The notes: a model not told the origin generated them from the sequence alone. Positions 26,074 to 40,460 are shown, numbered from the stretch's first letter. The stretch: 64,000 nucleotides of DNA from Anaeramoeba ignava BMAN (GCA_028826165.1 JAPDFW010000092.1:1063285-1127284); one strand, 5' to 3'. Translations and numbers: made by a program.

Positions 26074-29000
26074 TTATTTTTTCTTTGAATTCTTTTTTTT
26101 ATCGTCTTCTTTTTTTAGAATGTTTCTTTGAAAAATCATATTTCTTTCTTGAGGTTCAAAAAAACTTTGATTGAATTCACTTAAATGTAACGGATTTTGA
26201 GAGTGATTAACTATTTTAAAATTTTCAGGATAATTTAAAGTTGTAATTTTTCTATTTGATTCAAAATTATTTCGATAATTAAATGTATTTTGAAAATTAT
26301 AAAATTTTGGTATGTTTTTCTGTGAATTTTTTGAATTATATTCCTCAATTTCTTCGAGAGTTGTTGTCTTTTTCTCTTCTCCAATATTGTAATTATTCTT
26401 ATATTGGAATGGAAATTGTAATTGATTTGGAAGTTGGAATTGATTTTGAGGTTGGAATTTATTTGTAAATTGATTTGGAGGTTGTAATTTATTTGTAAAT
26501 TGATTTTGATGTTGGAATTTATTTGTAAATTGATTTCCATTTCCATTTCCATTTCCATTTTCATTTTCATTTTCATTTTGATCTTCATCTTCATCTTCAT
26601 CTTCATATTGATTTTCATTTTCATTTTCATCTTCATTTTCATCTTCATCTTCATTTTGATTTTGATCTTCATCTTCATTTTCATCTTCATCTTCATCTTC
26701 ATCTTGATTTTCATCTTCATCTTGATTTTCATATTGATTTTGATTTTCATATTGATTTTGATTTTGATCTTCATCTTGATTTTCATATTGATTTTCATCT
26801 TCATATTGATTTTCATTTTCATCTTCATCTTGATTTTCATATTGATTTTCATCTTGATTTTGATTTTGATCTTCATCTTGATTTTCATTTTCATTTTCAT
26901 CTTCATCTTCATCTTGATTTTGATTTTGATTTTGATTTTGTCGAGAATGTCGTGAAAATTTATTAAAATGAGACTTTTGTAATGAATATTGATTCGGATA
27001 ATGTGGATCATGTGAATAATGTGAATAATGTGAATTTTGATTTTGATTTCGATTTCGATTGTGTGAATGATGTGAATGACGTGAATATTTATTTAGATAA
27101 TTATAATTAGGATTATAATTAGGATTATAATTAGGATTATAATAAGGATTATAATAAGGATTAGGATAATAATTAGGATTAGGATAATAATTAGGATTAG
27201 GATTAGGATAAAGAACAGGATTCTTATGTGAATATTTATGAATAGATTTATGTAAATGCTTATTTGATTCTTGTTTTGATTCTTGTTTTGATTCTTTTTT
27301 TGATTCTTTATTTGATTCTTTTTTTGATTCTTTATTTGATTCTTTATTTGATTCTTCTTTTGATTCTTGTTTTGATTCTTTATTTGATTCTTTATTTAAT
27401 TCTTTTTTTGATCCTTTTTTTGATTTTCTGTCTGGTTTCTTATGTTTTGGTTGATTTGGATAGGAATATTGATCATAAACTGAATAATATGAATATCCTT
27501 GATATCGATCATAAAATCCTTTCTGAGGAGGATAATTATTATATGGAGGGATTTGTTGATGTTGAAAATATTCTGGATATTCACCTCTATTTATAAAACC
27601 TTCATTTCTTCTTGAAAACCTTTTATTTTCGGAAATATTTTCCCTAGTTTTATTTTTTGAATGTAATTTCTCTTTTTTTTCTTCTGATTTATTTGGATTT
27701 TTTTCTTCTAATCTATTTGGATTTTTTTCTTCTAATCTATTTGGATTTTTTTCTTCTAATCTATTTGGATTTTTTTCTTCTAATCTATTTGGATTTTTTT
27801 CTTGTTCGTTTTTTGGAGTTTTTCTTTCATTTTCTTGTTTTTGTTTTAATTTCTTTGTATTATTTTGTGTTAATTTATTTGGAGAATTACTAATTTTTTG
27901 AGGAGATTGATTCCTTTGGTTATTAACTTGTTTATTTTTTTTCTTTTTCTTATTTTGATTCTGATTTTGATTTTTGTTTTGATTTTCATTTTCATTTTCA
28001 TTTTGATTTTGATTTTGATTTTGATTTTCATTTTTGTTTTGATTTTTGTTTTCATTTTCATTTTTGTTTTGATTTTGATTTTGATTTTGATTTTCATTTT
28101 CATTTTGATTTTGATTTTGATTTTGATTTTGATTTTGATTTTGATTTTGATTTTGATTTTGATTTTGATTTTTATTTTTGTTATTTCCTTGATTCGTTTC
28201 TTTATTAGGATTATTTAATTTTTTCAATTTATTTTGTTGGATTTGCTTTGCAATATTCGAACTAAATTTTTTAAAAGAAAACAGAAAATTAATTTGAATT
28301 TTAAATTTCTATTTGAAATTTCTTTTTTTTTTGGAAAAGATAATATACTTTGGAAAAACAGAAATAAAAAGTTCTTGATCTTCATGCTCAAATTCATGAG
28401 CAAATTCACATAATTCTTTTGTACATTTCTCATCAGACAAAAATTGTCTACAATATTTTGTTGTTCCAATATCAACTTTAAATATTTTTTCTCCCATTTT
28501 TGTGTTTTGAATATTTTTAATACAGTTTTGTGCTTGGGATACAGTTTCAAATGTTACATAAATATCTATTGATAATAGTTCTAAAATTTTTTTTTTTTAA
28601 ATTTATTGATTTTTTTTAAATAAAATTTTCTTTTTCTTAATTACGAGGAGAAATATTTGAAGGAACTTTATTATATGGATAATCTAAAAATCTTTTTTCC
28701 AATCTATGAAAAACTCTTTTTGTAAAATTCATACGAATAACTTTACCAAATTTTCCTAAAAATTGTTTGAATTTGAGATTCTATTTGATTTTTAATTTAA
28801 TTTTGAATTTAATTTTGAATTTAATTTTGAATTTAATTTATAATTTAATTTTGAATTTAATTTAATTTTGAATTTAATTTATAATTTAATTTTGAATTTA
28901 ATTTAATTTTGAATTTAATTTTGAATTTAATTTTAATTTTGAATTTAATTTTGAATTTAATTTTGAATTTAATTTTGAATTTAATTTAATTTTGAATTTA

Positions 29001-30156
29001 ATTTTGAATTTAATTTTGAATTTAATTTTGAATTTAATTTTGAATTTAATTTTGAATTTAATTTATAATTTAATTTTGAATTTAATTTTTGAATTTAATT
29101 TTGAATTTAATTTTGAATTTAATTTAATTTTGAATTTAATTTTGAATTTAATTTTGAATTTAATTTTGAATTTAATTTTGAATTTAATTTTGAATTTAAT
29201 TTATAATTTAATTTTGAATTTAATTTTGAATTTAATTCTGAATTTAATTCTGAATTTAATTCTGAATTTAATTTTGAATTTAATTTTTGAATTTAATTTT
29301 GAATTTAATTTTGAATTTAATTTATAATTTAATTTATAATTTATTTTATAATTTAATTTTGAATTTAATTTTGAATTTAATTTTGAATTTAATTTTGAAT
29401 TTATTTTATAATTTAATTTTTGAATTTAATTTTGTTACATCTTTAGCAATATTTAACGGAACTCCTTTTAAATAAACCAGATCGTTTCTATGTACTTTTT
29501 TTTCTTGTAATTTTTCAAACAGTTCTTCTTGTTTTTTTTTTTGAATTAATTTTTCATTTTCCTCATTTTTTTTATTCTTTTTATTTCTTGATTTGATTTG
29601 TTGTTGTTTTTTTTTTGTTAATTGAGCTTCTTGTTTTTTTTTTTGTCTAAATAATTTAATAAAAGAATTTTAAAAAAAATTTTTTTTTAATATAAAAAAA
29701 AATTCAAAATAAATTATTTCTTTAAGAATAACTTTCTCATTTCTTCTTTGGCTTTTTTTATATGTTCATCATCATATTTTTTTCTACATCCAGGACAAGA
29801 ATAACTACCATTTTTCAAGTCTTCCAAACAAAGTAAACACACCTTTTAATTTTAATTTTGATTTTAATTTTAATTTTAATTTTAATTTTAATTTTGATTT
29901 TAATTTTAATTTTAAATTTAAATTTTAATATTAATATTAATTTTAATTTTAATTTTAATTTTAATTTTAATATTAATTTTAATTTTAATTTTAATTTTAA
30001 TTTTAATTTTAATTTTAATTTTAATTTTAAATTTTAATTTTAATTTTAATTTTAATTTTAATTTTAATTTACTTGAAATTTGCAAACTGAGCACGGATAA
30101 AAATACTTTTCATTATTATCAAATTTAGTATCACAAAGTGGACATTTGTTTGCCAT
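26074..30156 (-). CDS. NOT4: CCR4-NOT subunit 4 (RING E3 ligase, RRM, CCCH) with long low-complexity C-terminus, multi-exon
   Basis: MANKCPLCD...FYPCSVCKFQ/VCLLC...CPGCRKKY (C4C4 RING); LVYLKGVP..FLGKFGKVIR..IYVTF (RRM); GTTKYCRQFL...CTKELCEFAH (CCCH); then the 26074-28227 N/Q/E-rich ORF. Confidence 0.9.
28790..29432. repeat. Intronic 12-bp minisatellite TTTTGAATTTAA
   Basis: Fills the NOT4 intron 28781-29438. Confidence 0.85.
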
Positions 30157-30463
30157 TTAAAATTTAATAAAAAAAGGAAATTTGAATTTAAAGGAAAAAA
30201 TGAAAAATGAAAAATGAAAAAAAAAAAATTAAAAAAATTTTGTTTTTTTTTTTTAAAAACTAAAACAATTTAAAATTAAAAAATAAAATTAAAAAATAAT
30301 CTCTTAATTTGATTTTAATCAATTTCTTTTATTTTTTTTAACTTCAAAAATTAAAAATTAAAAATTAAAAATTAAAAATTAAAATTTTTTTTTTTCTTTC
30401 AAAATTATTTTTTTTCTTTCACACTCTCTTTTTAAGTTAAGATTAATTCCCTTTAATTTTAAA

Positions 30464-33400
30464 ATGATCCATTCAAAAACGAAACAAAACAAAACAAACA
30501 AGAACAACAATCAATTTTCAATAAGTGAAAATACAATAGGTTCAATAGTTACACAATCCAAAAATGAAAAAAATGAAAACTCACAAACAAATTTGCAAAT
30601 TTACCAACAAAATAATATGGATATTGATATAAATGAATTCAAACTTCCAAATGAATGGCTTTCTCTTTTTCCGAAACCTCAATATAAACCAGAAATTTAC
30701 TCTTCTCTTATTCATCCTGTTGATAATAATTTAAAAAATGACAAAAATAAAATTTCAATCATTCAGTCTCAAATTTCTCCTTTTAATAATATTCCTCTTT
30801 TGTTTCATGAATCTGAAAATAGTTTCTTTATTCAAGATGATGATAATGAAAATATTAATGAAAATATTAATGAAAATATTAATCAAAATATTAATCAAAA
30901 TATTAATGAAAATATTAATAAAAATATTAATCCAAATATTAATGAAAATATTAATAAAAATATTAATAAAAATATTAATGGAAATATTAATGAAAATATT
31001 AATGAAAATATTAATGAAAATATTAAAATATTAATGAAAATATTAATCCAAATATTAATCCAAATATTAATCCAAATATTAATGAAAATATTAATCAAAA
31101 TATTAATGAAAATATTAATCAAAATATTAATCCAAATATTAATGAAAATATTAATGGAAATATTAATGAAAATATTAATCCAAATAAAAATATTAAAATA
31201 TTAATCCAAATAATGAAAATATTAATAAAAATATTAATCAAATATTAATGAAAATATTAATGAAATATTAATGAAAAATAATGTTAATGGAAATATTAAT
31301 GAAAATATTAATGAAAATATTAATCCAAATATTAATGAAAATATTAATGAAAATATTAATGAAATATATAATCCAAAATTAATGAAAATATTAATCCAAA
31401 TATTAATGAAAATATTAATGGAAATATTAATGAAAATATTAATCCAAATATTAAAAATATTAATGAAAATATTAATGAAAATATTAATCCAAATATTAAT
31501 GAAAAATATTAATGAAAATATTAATGAAAATATTAATAAAAATATTAATGAAAATATTAATAAAAATATTAATAAAAATATTAATGAAAATATTAATCAA
31601 AATATTAATGAAAATATTAATAAAAATATTAATAAAAATATTAATAAAAATATTAATGAAAATATTAATGAAAATATTAATGAAAATATTAATGAAAATA
31701 ATCCAAATATTAATGAAAATATTAATAAAAATATTAATGAAAATATTAATAAAAATATTAATGAAAATATTAATGAAAATATTAATGAAAATATTAATCA
31801 AAATATTAATGAAAATATTAATAAAAATATTAATGAAAATATTAATGAAAATATTAATGAAAATATTAATCAAAATATTAATGAAAATATTAATGAAAAT
31901 ATTAATCCAAATATTAATCCAAATATTAATGAAAATATTAATGAAAATATTAATAAAAATATTAATGAAAATATTAATGAAAATATTAATGAAAATATTA
32001 ATGAAAATATTAATGAGGATATTAATGAAAAGATCTAAAAGATGATTTAAATCCAAAAGACTTAAATGAAAATCTAAAAATGATTTAAACAAATCTAGAA
32101 AAAATAAAGAAAAAGAAATGAAAATTCAACACTTTGGCTCATCTAAAAAACTCCCAAAATTAAATATTCCAAGAAGATTAACAATTTCATTTTTTAAACA
32201 GAAAAGTATTAAACAATCCAAACTCTTACCTTTATATTTTGCTCAAGATAATGATATTGCAATTTTTGAACACAATAAAAACTCTCGAATTCAAGAAAAA
32301 TATCCAAATGTTGACACTTTAAATACAGAATTTGTTTTTCATTTAATCAAAGATGAAACGAACTTTATAAAATTATTAAAAAAATTTATTGAAGTAAGTA
32401 TTCTTTTTACAAAAAATTTAATTCAATTCCACTCTATTTTATTTGATAGGATTTTATTGAAAAACTTGAATCAAAAGAGGTTATATCCAAAAATATCCAA
32501 AGTTTATTGTTTGAAAATATAAAAGAACTTTATGAAAATCAAACAAAATTTATTCAAAAACTTCATCTAGAAGCCAAAAAAAGACTTCCAAATATGATCT
32601 ATCTTTGTTTCCAAGATTTCAATTTTATTCCATTTAAAAGATATATCCAAAAATTTGAAGTTATTTTATATTTATTTGAAGATTTATGCAAAACAGATGA
32701 GCATTTTTCACAAATTTGCAAAGATTTGGAAAAAGAAATGAGAGAAAAACTCAATTTGCTTCTATTTTGTCCATTTCAAAGAATTGACCAGTATTATTTG
32801 ACTATCTACAAGTTTTTATCAAATCTTGATCCCAAATCGGATATTTACTCAATTTCTTATCCTATTTTCCAAGAAATCTTGGAAATATCTGAAGAGCCTA
32901 ATTTTCATCCCTATCTTTATTTGTTTGAACATCAAAATGAATTGGGTTATATACAGCACCAAATCGAAGGGTTTGAAAGATTTTGAGTTGGAAAATCCGC
33001 GCAGATATCTCCATCGAATTGGGAATTTCCAACGTGATTATGAGGAATAAAACTTATCCAGGAAAATACTATATATTCAATGATATGATGATTGTTGCCA
33101 AAGTTTCCAAATCAAAACAAATTCCAAAATTCGATCATCTGTTCAAATACCAAGAAATACAACTTAGAAAACTAATGGATGACGAGAATATTGGGATCAA
33201 GAACGGAATTGAAATTATTTTTTCGGAAACGGCTGATTTATACATTTGCTTATTTTCAACATCGGAAGAAAAAAACACAATTTGGAAAGAATTGACAGTT
33301 GATTTCAATGTGAAAATTGATGAGACATCACTTTCTGAAGAAAAACTACAGCAAATGATGAAGAGAAGAGTGACCTTAAAGAAATATGAGAATCCCAATT

Positions 33401-34434
33401 CAACAGATATTGATGATTTCCCAATTCCAGAATCTACCGATGAAGAAATGAGAGGAAATATCATTCTGGAAATTATTCAAACAGAAGAAGACTATCTATC
33501 AAGTCTCAATATCATCATTCAATACTACAAAAAACCACTGATTCAGAAAAAAATCATTTCCTCAGAAGATTCAACAGAAATATTCAAACAAGTCGAAACC
33601 ATTTTCGGAGTGAATAAACAACTTCTGGAACTATTAAGAAAAGATATGCCAATAAATCCAAACGAAATTTCGGATCTGAAAATAGGGAATATTTTCCTTC
33701 AAGTTGCTGATTTCCTCAAGCTTTATATCGATTATTGTTCCAATTACACCTTTTCAATGAAAAGGCTCAACAAATACACATCAAACTCAAAGTACAAAAA
33801 TTTCATCTCCAACACACGCAAAACAGTGCCAGAATGCAAGGGTCTTGATTTACTAGATTTACTAATCAAGCCAATTCAAAGAATATGCCGTTATCCTTTG
33901 TTGTTTGAAAAACTGCTCAAATCAACAGCAAAGGATCATCCTGATTTTCCCGAAATGAGAAAAACTTATTCAAAATTAAATGAGATTGCAAAAAAAGTCG
34001 ACCAAAGAAAAAAAGCGGCTGAATCAGCAAAAATTTTAGTTGACATCACATCCAAAATCATTGGAATGAAAAGGAAATTTCCACTTTTAGAACCTTCAAA
34101 TCCAAGGATTTTGATTAAAGAAGGTTTTATGAACAAAAAATCAGTTAAAAAAATTCAAGAAAGATATTTTTGGCTTTTTAATGATGTTTTGATTTATGCA
34201 CAAGCTGTTATCAGAAACCACAAGTACATTTACAAAGGTCGTTTATTTCTTGCTGGTGCTTTTGTTCGTGATTTATCTTCGACAAATCATACTTTCCATA
34301 TGATTCCTTATGGAAGTAAAAAAAGTTATATTTTTTATTGCAATTCTGAAGATGAAAAATTAAGTTGGATTAATCAAATTAAAAATCAAATTTTGGATTT
34401 GGAATCTAATGGAGTTCTTCCAAGAATCAAATGA
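30464..34434 (+). CDS. Dbl-family RhoGEF with tandem DH-PH modules and N-terminal (NINE)n tract; frameshifted in this sequence
   Basis: DH1: LIKDETNFIKLL..LLFCPFQRIDQY. DH2: IILEIIQTEEDYLSSL..LLIKPIQRICRYPLLFEKLLK.T..DHPD. PH domains: YYIFNDMMIVAK and RYFWLFNDVLIYA..W. Probable intron at ~32394-32449; indels in the repeat and at ~32970-33030. Confidence 0.85.
30845..32030 (+). repeat. Coding 12-bp repeat AATATTAATGAA (N-I-N-E/K/Q/P)
   Basis: Directly visible, roughly 95-100 units. Confidence 0.85.
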
Positions 34435-34780
34435 TTTAAAATTTTGATTTTTTTGTTTCAAAAACAAATCTAAAATTATTTTCCAGATTTGAACAGAATT
34501 CTTTATTATTAAATTTTTATTTTTATTTATCTTTATCTTTTTTATTAAAAAAGTTTTCAATTTGAAAAATCAAACAAACAAAAATCAAAATCAAAATCAA
34601 AATAAAAATCAAAACAAAAACCAAAATAAAAATCAAAACAAAAACCAAAAAAATAATGGAATTTGTTTTTATTATTTCTGCTTTTCTTTTTGTTTTCAAC
34701 AAGTTAAATTTTTTAGTTCCTAAAAAAGGTGAAAAACTTAAAATTAAAATTCAAAATTAAAATTAAAATTAAACTTCAAC

Positions 34781-37664
34781 TTACTCATTATTCATTAATT
34801 TCCATTTTACTTCTTCATTTTTATTTGGAACTTGTGGACCCATAACAATAGATTGAGTAATTGAAGGCAAAAGTTCAGGAATAAAATAAGCAAAAAACAA
34901 AAAAAACTTTTTTAAAAATTAAATTTAAAAATTAAATTTAAAAATAAGTCTTTTGCTTTTTGTTTTCTTTTTGTTTTTACCCAAGAATTCATATTTTTAT
35001 CAGTAATTGGATGATAAACAAACATTATAAATTTTAATAAAAAACAAATGGAAACAAATAAAGTAACAAAAAAAGATTTGATTAAAAACTTCTTTCGATT
35101 TGCAATTAATCCAACAATAATCTAAAAATGAAAATAATCAAAATGAGGAAAAAAAAATTTTTTTTGTGAATTTTTGTTAAAAAAAAATTTTTTTTTCTGA
35201 GAACTTTTAATTTTCGAATTAAAATTAATCCATAAACTAAAAAGGAAATTGAAACGACAAGAAAAGCAGCAGCAACAATTATTGAATTAATTTGATAAAA
35301 TCCATTAGAATATTCAGGTTTTTCGACATCAGTTGCAAAAATGATGATCGAAATGATTGCAAATAAATAAAATATTGCATTTGTAATTAATAATGGAATT
35401 TTTAAAGATTTTGGAGTTTTTTCGTGATATTGGATTCCGTTTGAAATTTTTGCCCTAAATATAAAGATAAATATAAAGATATATATATAAAATATATAAA
35501 TATAAAAATATATAAATATAAGAAATTTAAATTAAAAACCAAAAGAAAAGAAGTAAAGTGAAAGAGGTGAAAAATGAAAGATAAGCTATTCTTTTAACAA
35601 TAAATATTAAGAGGATTTTTTTGTTTGCTGAGTATGAAATACAAGAAACAGCAATTCTAGCTTTATAATTTTTAATTTGAATTTAAAAAATTGATTTATA
35701 ATTGATATAAAATTAATATAAAATTGATATAAAATTGATTTAAATTTAATATAAAATTAATATAAAATTGATTTAAAATTGATTTAAAATTAATATAAAA
35801 TTAATATAAAATTGATATAAAATTGATATAAAATTGATATAAAATTGATTTAAAATTGATTTAAAATTGATTTGAATTTGATATAAAATTGATATAAAAT
35901 TGATATAAAATTGATATAAAATTGATATAAATTGATTTAAAATTGATATAAAATTAATATAAAATTGATTTAAAATTGATATAAAATTGATTTAAAATTG
36001 ATATAAAATTGATATAAAATTGATTTAAAATTGATATAAAATTGATTTAAAATTGATATAAAATTGATTTAAAATTAATATAAAATTGATTTAAAATTAA
36101 TATAAAATTGATTTAAAATTGATATAAAATTGATTTAAAATTGATTTGAAATTGATTTAAAATTGATTTAAAATTGATTTAAAATTAATTTAAAATTGAT
36201 TTAAAATTGATATAAAATTAATATAAAATTGATTTAAAATTGATTTAAAATTGATATAAATTTGATATAAAATTGATTTAAAATTGATTTAAAATTGATT
36301 TAAAATTGATTTAAAATTGATTTAAAATTAATATAAAATTGATTTAAAATTGATTTAAAATTAATATAAAATTGATTTAAATTTGATTTAAAATTGATAT
36401 AAAATTGATATAAAATTGATTTAAAATTGATTTAAAATTGATATAAAATTGATTTAAAATTGATATAAAATTGATTTAAAATTGATTTAAAATTGATTTA
36501 AAATTGATTTAAAATTGATTTAAAATTGATTTAAAATTGATTTAAAATTGATTTAAAATTGATTTAAAATTGATTTATAATTAATATAAAATTGATTTAA
36601 AATTGATTTAAAATTGATATAAAATTGATTTAAAATTAATATAAAATTGATTTAAAATTGATTTAAAATTGATTTAAAATTAATATAAAATTGATTTAAA
36701 ATTGATTTAAAATTGATTTAAAATTGATTTAAAATTGATTTAATTTTGATATAAAATTGATTTAAAATTGATATAAAATTGATATAAAATTGATTTAATT
36801 TTGATATAAAATTGATTTAAAATTGATATAAAATTGATTTAAAATTGATATAAAATTGATTTAAAATTGATATAAAATTGATATAAAATTGATATAAAAT
36901 TGATTTAAAATTGATTTAAAATTGATTTAAAATTGATTTAAAATTGATTTAAAATTGATTTAAAATTAATATAAAATTGATTTAAAATTGATTTAAAATT
37001 GATTTATAATTAATATAAAATTGATTTAAAATTGATTTAAAATTGATATAAAATTGATTTAATTTTTGATATAAAATTGATATAAAATTGATTTAAAATT
37101 GATTTAAAATTGATTTAAAATTGATTTAAAATTGATTTAAAATTGATATAAAATTAATATAAAATTGATTTAAAATTAATATAAAATTGATTTAAAATTA
37201 ATATAAAATTGATTTAAAATTGATATAAAATTAATATAAAATTGATATAAAATTAATATAAAATTGATTTAATTTTGATATAAAATTGATATAAAATTGA
37301 TATAAAATTGATTTAAAATTGATATAAAATTGATTTAAATTTGATATAAAAATTGATTTAAAATTTGATTTAAATTTGATTTGAAATTGATTTAAAATTG
37401 AAACAAACCAACTGCAAAAATAAGCATTAAACCATGAAATTGTATTTGTAAATCATAAAAGAGTTGAAAATCTTTAAATAAAACCAATCGAAAAACTTGA
37501 ACCTGAATGGAAAAATAAATAAACAATAAATTTAATTAAAAGTGAAAAATTTATTTGGTTTTTTTCTTTGTTTTTATTTTTTGTTTTTAATTTGGATTTA
37601 CAGTTAAAAAAATCAAAAGAAGACTGTAAAAAATAACTTCAACAATAAATTGATCTACTTCCAT
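34781..37664 (-). CDS. Multi-pass membrane protein, TOM1/THH1 (GPR137-like) family; 3' end uncertain
   Basis: Manual splicing: MEVDQFIVEVIFYSLLLIFLT / VQVFRLV..FHGLMLIFAV / ARI..LSFFTSFTLLLFFW / AKI..ISFLVYGLILIRKLK / ..CFLLKFIMF / ..YFIPELLPS. About seven hydrophobic segments. Confidence 0.7.
35685..37400. repeat. Intronic 11-bp minisatellite AAAATTGAT(T/A)T, ~1.7 kb
   Basis: Fills intron 35661-37408. Confidence 0.9.
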
Positions 37665-37772
37665 TTAAAAGAAAAAGCAAAAAAGAAAAAAAGAAAAAAA
37701 GAAGAAAAAATGAAATTAAAAAAAAATTATTTTTATATTTTTTTTCATTTTTTTTCATTCCATTTTTTGAAT

Positions 37773-38659
37773 ATGGATGATCGACTTGTGATTGTAGGAC
37801 CAACTTTAGCATCTCTTTTCTACGATATTTCACGATCCGAAAGTGATATTAAAGGACTTTTTTTTGGAAAATTAAAAGAAAGCATAATTGTATCAATAGA
37901 AGATACACATGAGGAACATGAGCGAATAGTAACTACCACAGGTAAAAACCACAACATAAAAACGAGAGAGGAAAAGAAGATCTAATAATATATAATTTAA
38001 TGCAAATATTCCTAGTTATTCAAAGTTTTGTAGTTTTAGAAGAAAAACAAATGGACAAAAAAATGATGATTGAAAATTCAAAATTAAATAAAGAAATGAT
38101 AAATGAGATTATTCAAAAGAGACAAAGAAATCAACAAAGCTTACTTGGTTGGTTCGCTTTTCGCAGGAATACGCCTTTAAGACCATCAGTAAAAGAGATA
38201 TATATTCATCGCGAAATGAACAACTTTTTCCAAGAGAAAAAAATGAAATTTTCACCAATTTTTGCAGTTATGAATGAATATTTAAGCTCAACTTATGCAA
38301 CTGATTTCTTTGATTATCGATTTTTTAAATTTGATTTTTCAAGTGAAAATTATTTTCCAATTAAATTGGAAATTATTAACTTAAAAGATACTACAAGTGA
38401 AGAATATTCACAATTTTCTTCAAGTATTCCTTCTGTTGGTCTTTCTCAAAATCATTCTTATAATAAGATTGCTCAGAAATTTAGTAAAAATGGTCTTGAT
38501 TCTTTTATTCAATCAGTTCCTCCTGATTTTACTAAAAATATTGAGAATTTTTTTGATGAAACTTCTAAAAAAATGAATGAACTTGTGAATCAATATGATT
38601 TAAAAGTTGCTCAAATTGAAGAAATTGAAAAGCAAATTAATCTTTTAAAACAGAATTAA
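37773..38659 (+). CDS. Abraxas/ABRO1 (FAM175)-like MPN- protein (BRCA1-A/BRISC scaffold); intron 37942-38015
   Basis: IVGPTLASLFY..SDIKGLFFG..SIEDT and LLGWFAFRRNTPLRPSVKE..IH; LEIINL; C-terminal coiled coil. Confidence 0.82.
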
Positions 38660-39140
38660 AACAATGAAAAAGGATTTTTTTTTTCTTAATTTTTTATTTT
38701 TTCATTAAATTTCTGAATTATTTTAATTTTGATTTTAATTGATTTAAATTTTGATTTAAATTGATTTTGATTTTAATTGATTTTGATTTTAATTTAAATT
38801 GATTTTAATTTTGATTTAAATTGATTTTGATTTTGATTTTGATTTTGATTTTGAAATTGATTTTGATTTAAATTGAATTTTGATTTTGATTTTAATTTTG
38901 ATTTTGATTTAAATTGATTTTGATTTTAATTTTAAATTGATTTTGATTTTAATTTTAAAATTGATTTTGATTTAAATTGATTTTGATTTTGATTTAATTT
39001 TAATTTTAATTTTAATTTTAATTTTAAATTGATTTAAATTGAATTTGATTTTGATTTTAATTTTGATTTAAATTGATTTTGATTTAATTTTAATTTAAAT
39101 TAAAATTGAAATTGATTTTGATTTAAATTGATTTTCAAAT

Positions 39141-40460
39141 TTAAATCACTTGACGTCCTTTAACAAAAACTTTTAAAATATTCCTATCATCACCAGAAAA
39201 CAAGAATTTCTGGAAAATCTCAATATCATCATCATCATCAAAAACATGAAAATTAGCAGAAGAAACAAAAGGAGAAACAATACAAGCATCAAAATCTTTA
39301 CCAACATCAAAATTCCCAGTTTTGGAATCCAAACCAAGAGCACTTGCACCACCCAAAGTAGCAAAATAAAAGGCATCTTGGTAGCTAAGCTCGTCATCAG
39401 GGTTCTTGGTATTAAACATAGTTGCTTTTGATGCGATAATTGCTTGGCGAATGCAGTCCATCATTGAAGGAGAATAACCTCCAGAAACATCAGTTCCAAA
39501 TCCAACTTTGATTCCATTTCTTAATAACTTCTTTAAATGAAGAACACCACTTGATAAAGAAAAGTTTGAATTCGGACAATGCGCAACTGCCGCATTTCGC
39601 TGCTTGAAAAGTTCGATTTCTTTGTCCGTTAAGTATATTCCATGAGCCATAATTGTCCGATTGTTGAGCAATCCATATTTGTCATAAACGGCCGCATAAC
39701 CGTCTTCATCAGGATGAAGTGATTTCACCCATTCAACCTCATTCACATTTTCGGAGATGTGAGATTGGATCGCAATGTTGTATTTTGCTGCGAGTTCTCC
39801 GAGTCCCTTCATCATCTGTGGTGAGCAAGTCGGAACAAATCTTGGTGTCACAATTGGTTCAACTAAGTCATTTTTTTTTTCTTTAACATACTTGATAAAT
39901 TCCTCGTTTTGATCCAGAGAATCTTGTGTTTTTTCGACGTAGAAATCAGGAGAATTGCGATCCATTGAGACTTTCCCTATCAAAGCTCGTTGTCCTTTTT
40001 GGATCACCAAATCACTGAATATTTTGCTAGCTGTCAAATGTATAGTTGCAAAATAGCATGCTGTCGTGGTTCCGTTTTTGAGTGTTTGGTCAATGACCTT
40101 GCCGTAGACATTCTTCGCAAGGTCTTCGTTTGAGAACTTTGATTCTGTTGGGAAAGTGTATTTCTCAAGCCATTTTAATAACGGTAAATCAAGTCCTGTT
40201 CCCATAAACTTATATTGAGGTCCGTGTATATGAGTGTCTACAAATCCTGGGATGAGAAAGTTCCGTTCTAGATCATCGATTTGTTCTTTTTGAACGTTGT
40301 ACTTTGCTGTTATATTCCCGAGTTCTTCTTCTTTTTCTCGAAATAGGATTTTTCCTTCTGTACTGATTCCTAATATTCCTTTTAATAATCTAAATGTCCC
40401 GTTTTTTGAACTATCTATTATTGTTCCTTTGTAGATTTTTTGTAATTGATTTGTTGACAT
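39141..40460 (-). CDS. GDA: Guanine deaminase (amidohydrolase), intronless
   Basis: PGFVDTHIHGPQY, PLLKWLEKYTFPTE, NGTTTACYFATIH, TPRFVPTC, QSHISEN..E, MAHG, HCPNSN, GTDVSGG, ATLGGA, GDDRNI. Confidence 0.95.
   Translation of the reverse strand: MSTNQLQKIYKGTIIDSSKNGTFRLLKGILGISTEGKILFREKEEELGNITAKYNVQKEQIDDLERNFLIPGFVDTHIHGPQYKFMGTGLDLPLLKWLEKYTFPTESKFSNEDLAKNVYGKVIDQTLKNGTTTACYFATIHLTASKIFSDLVIQKGQRALIGKVSMDRNSPDFYVEKTQDSLDQNEEFIKYVKEKKNDLVEPIVTPRFVPTCSPQMMKGLGELAAKYNIAIQSHISENVNEVEWVKSLHPDEDGYAAVYDKYGLLNNRTIMAHGIYLTDKEIELFKQRNAAVAHCPNSNFSLSSGVLHLKKLLRNGIKVGFGTDVSGGYSPSMMDCIRQAIIASKATMFNTKNPDDELSYQDAFYFATLGGASALGLDSKTGNFDVGKDFDACIVSPFVSSANFHVFDDDDDIEIFQKFLFSGDDRNILKVFVKGRQVI

Noticed and set aside
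23802-32092. ORFs of KLKL/IKIK/LILN/MKIL/INIF repeats (also 14985-15185, 40529-41172)
   Set aside because: Translations of microsatellites, or alternate and antisense frames of low-complexity coding DNA. Not genes.
32965-33050. Double frameshift in the RhoGEF
   Set aside because: Small indels at short homopolymers restore ..QIEGLKDFELENPRRYLHRIG..NVIMRNK. Consistent with consensus error.
35685-37400. Long repeat arrays as telomeric or centromeric DNA
   Set aside because: They lie inside GT-AG introns of intact genes and lack G-rich telomere-type units.
39141-40460. Guanine deaminase as a lateral transfer (intronless, higher GC)
   Set aside because: Other native genes here (LTN1, RhoGEF 3' part, actin) are also intron-poor or GC-richer. 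It cannot be supported without a phylogeny.
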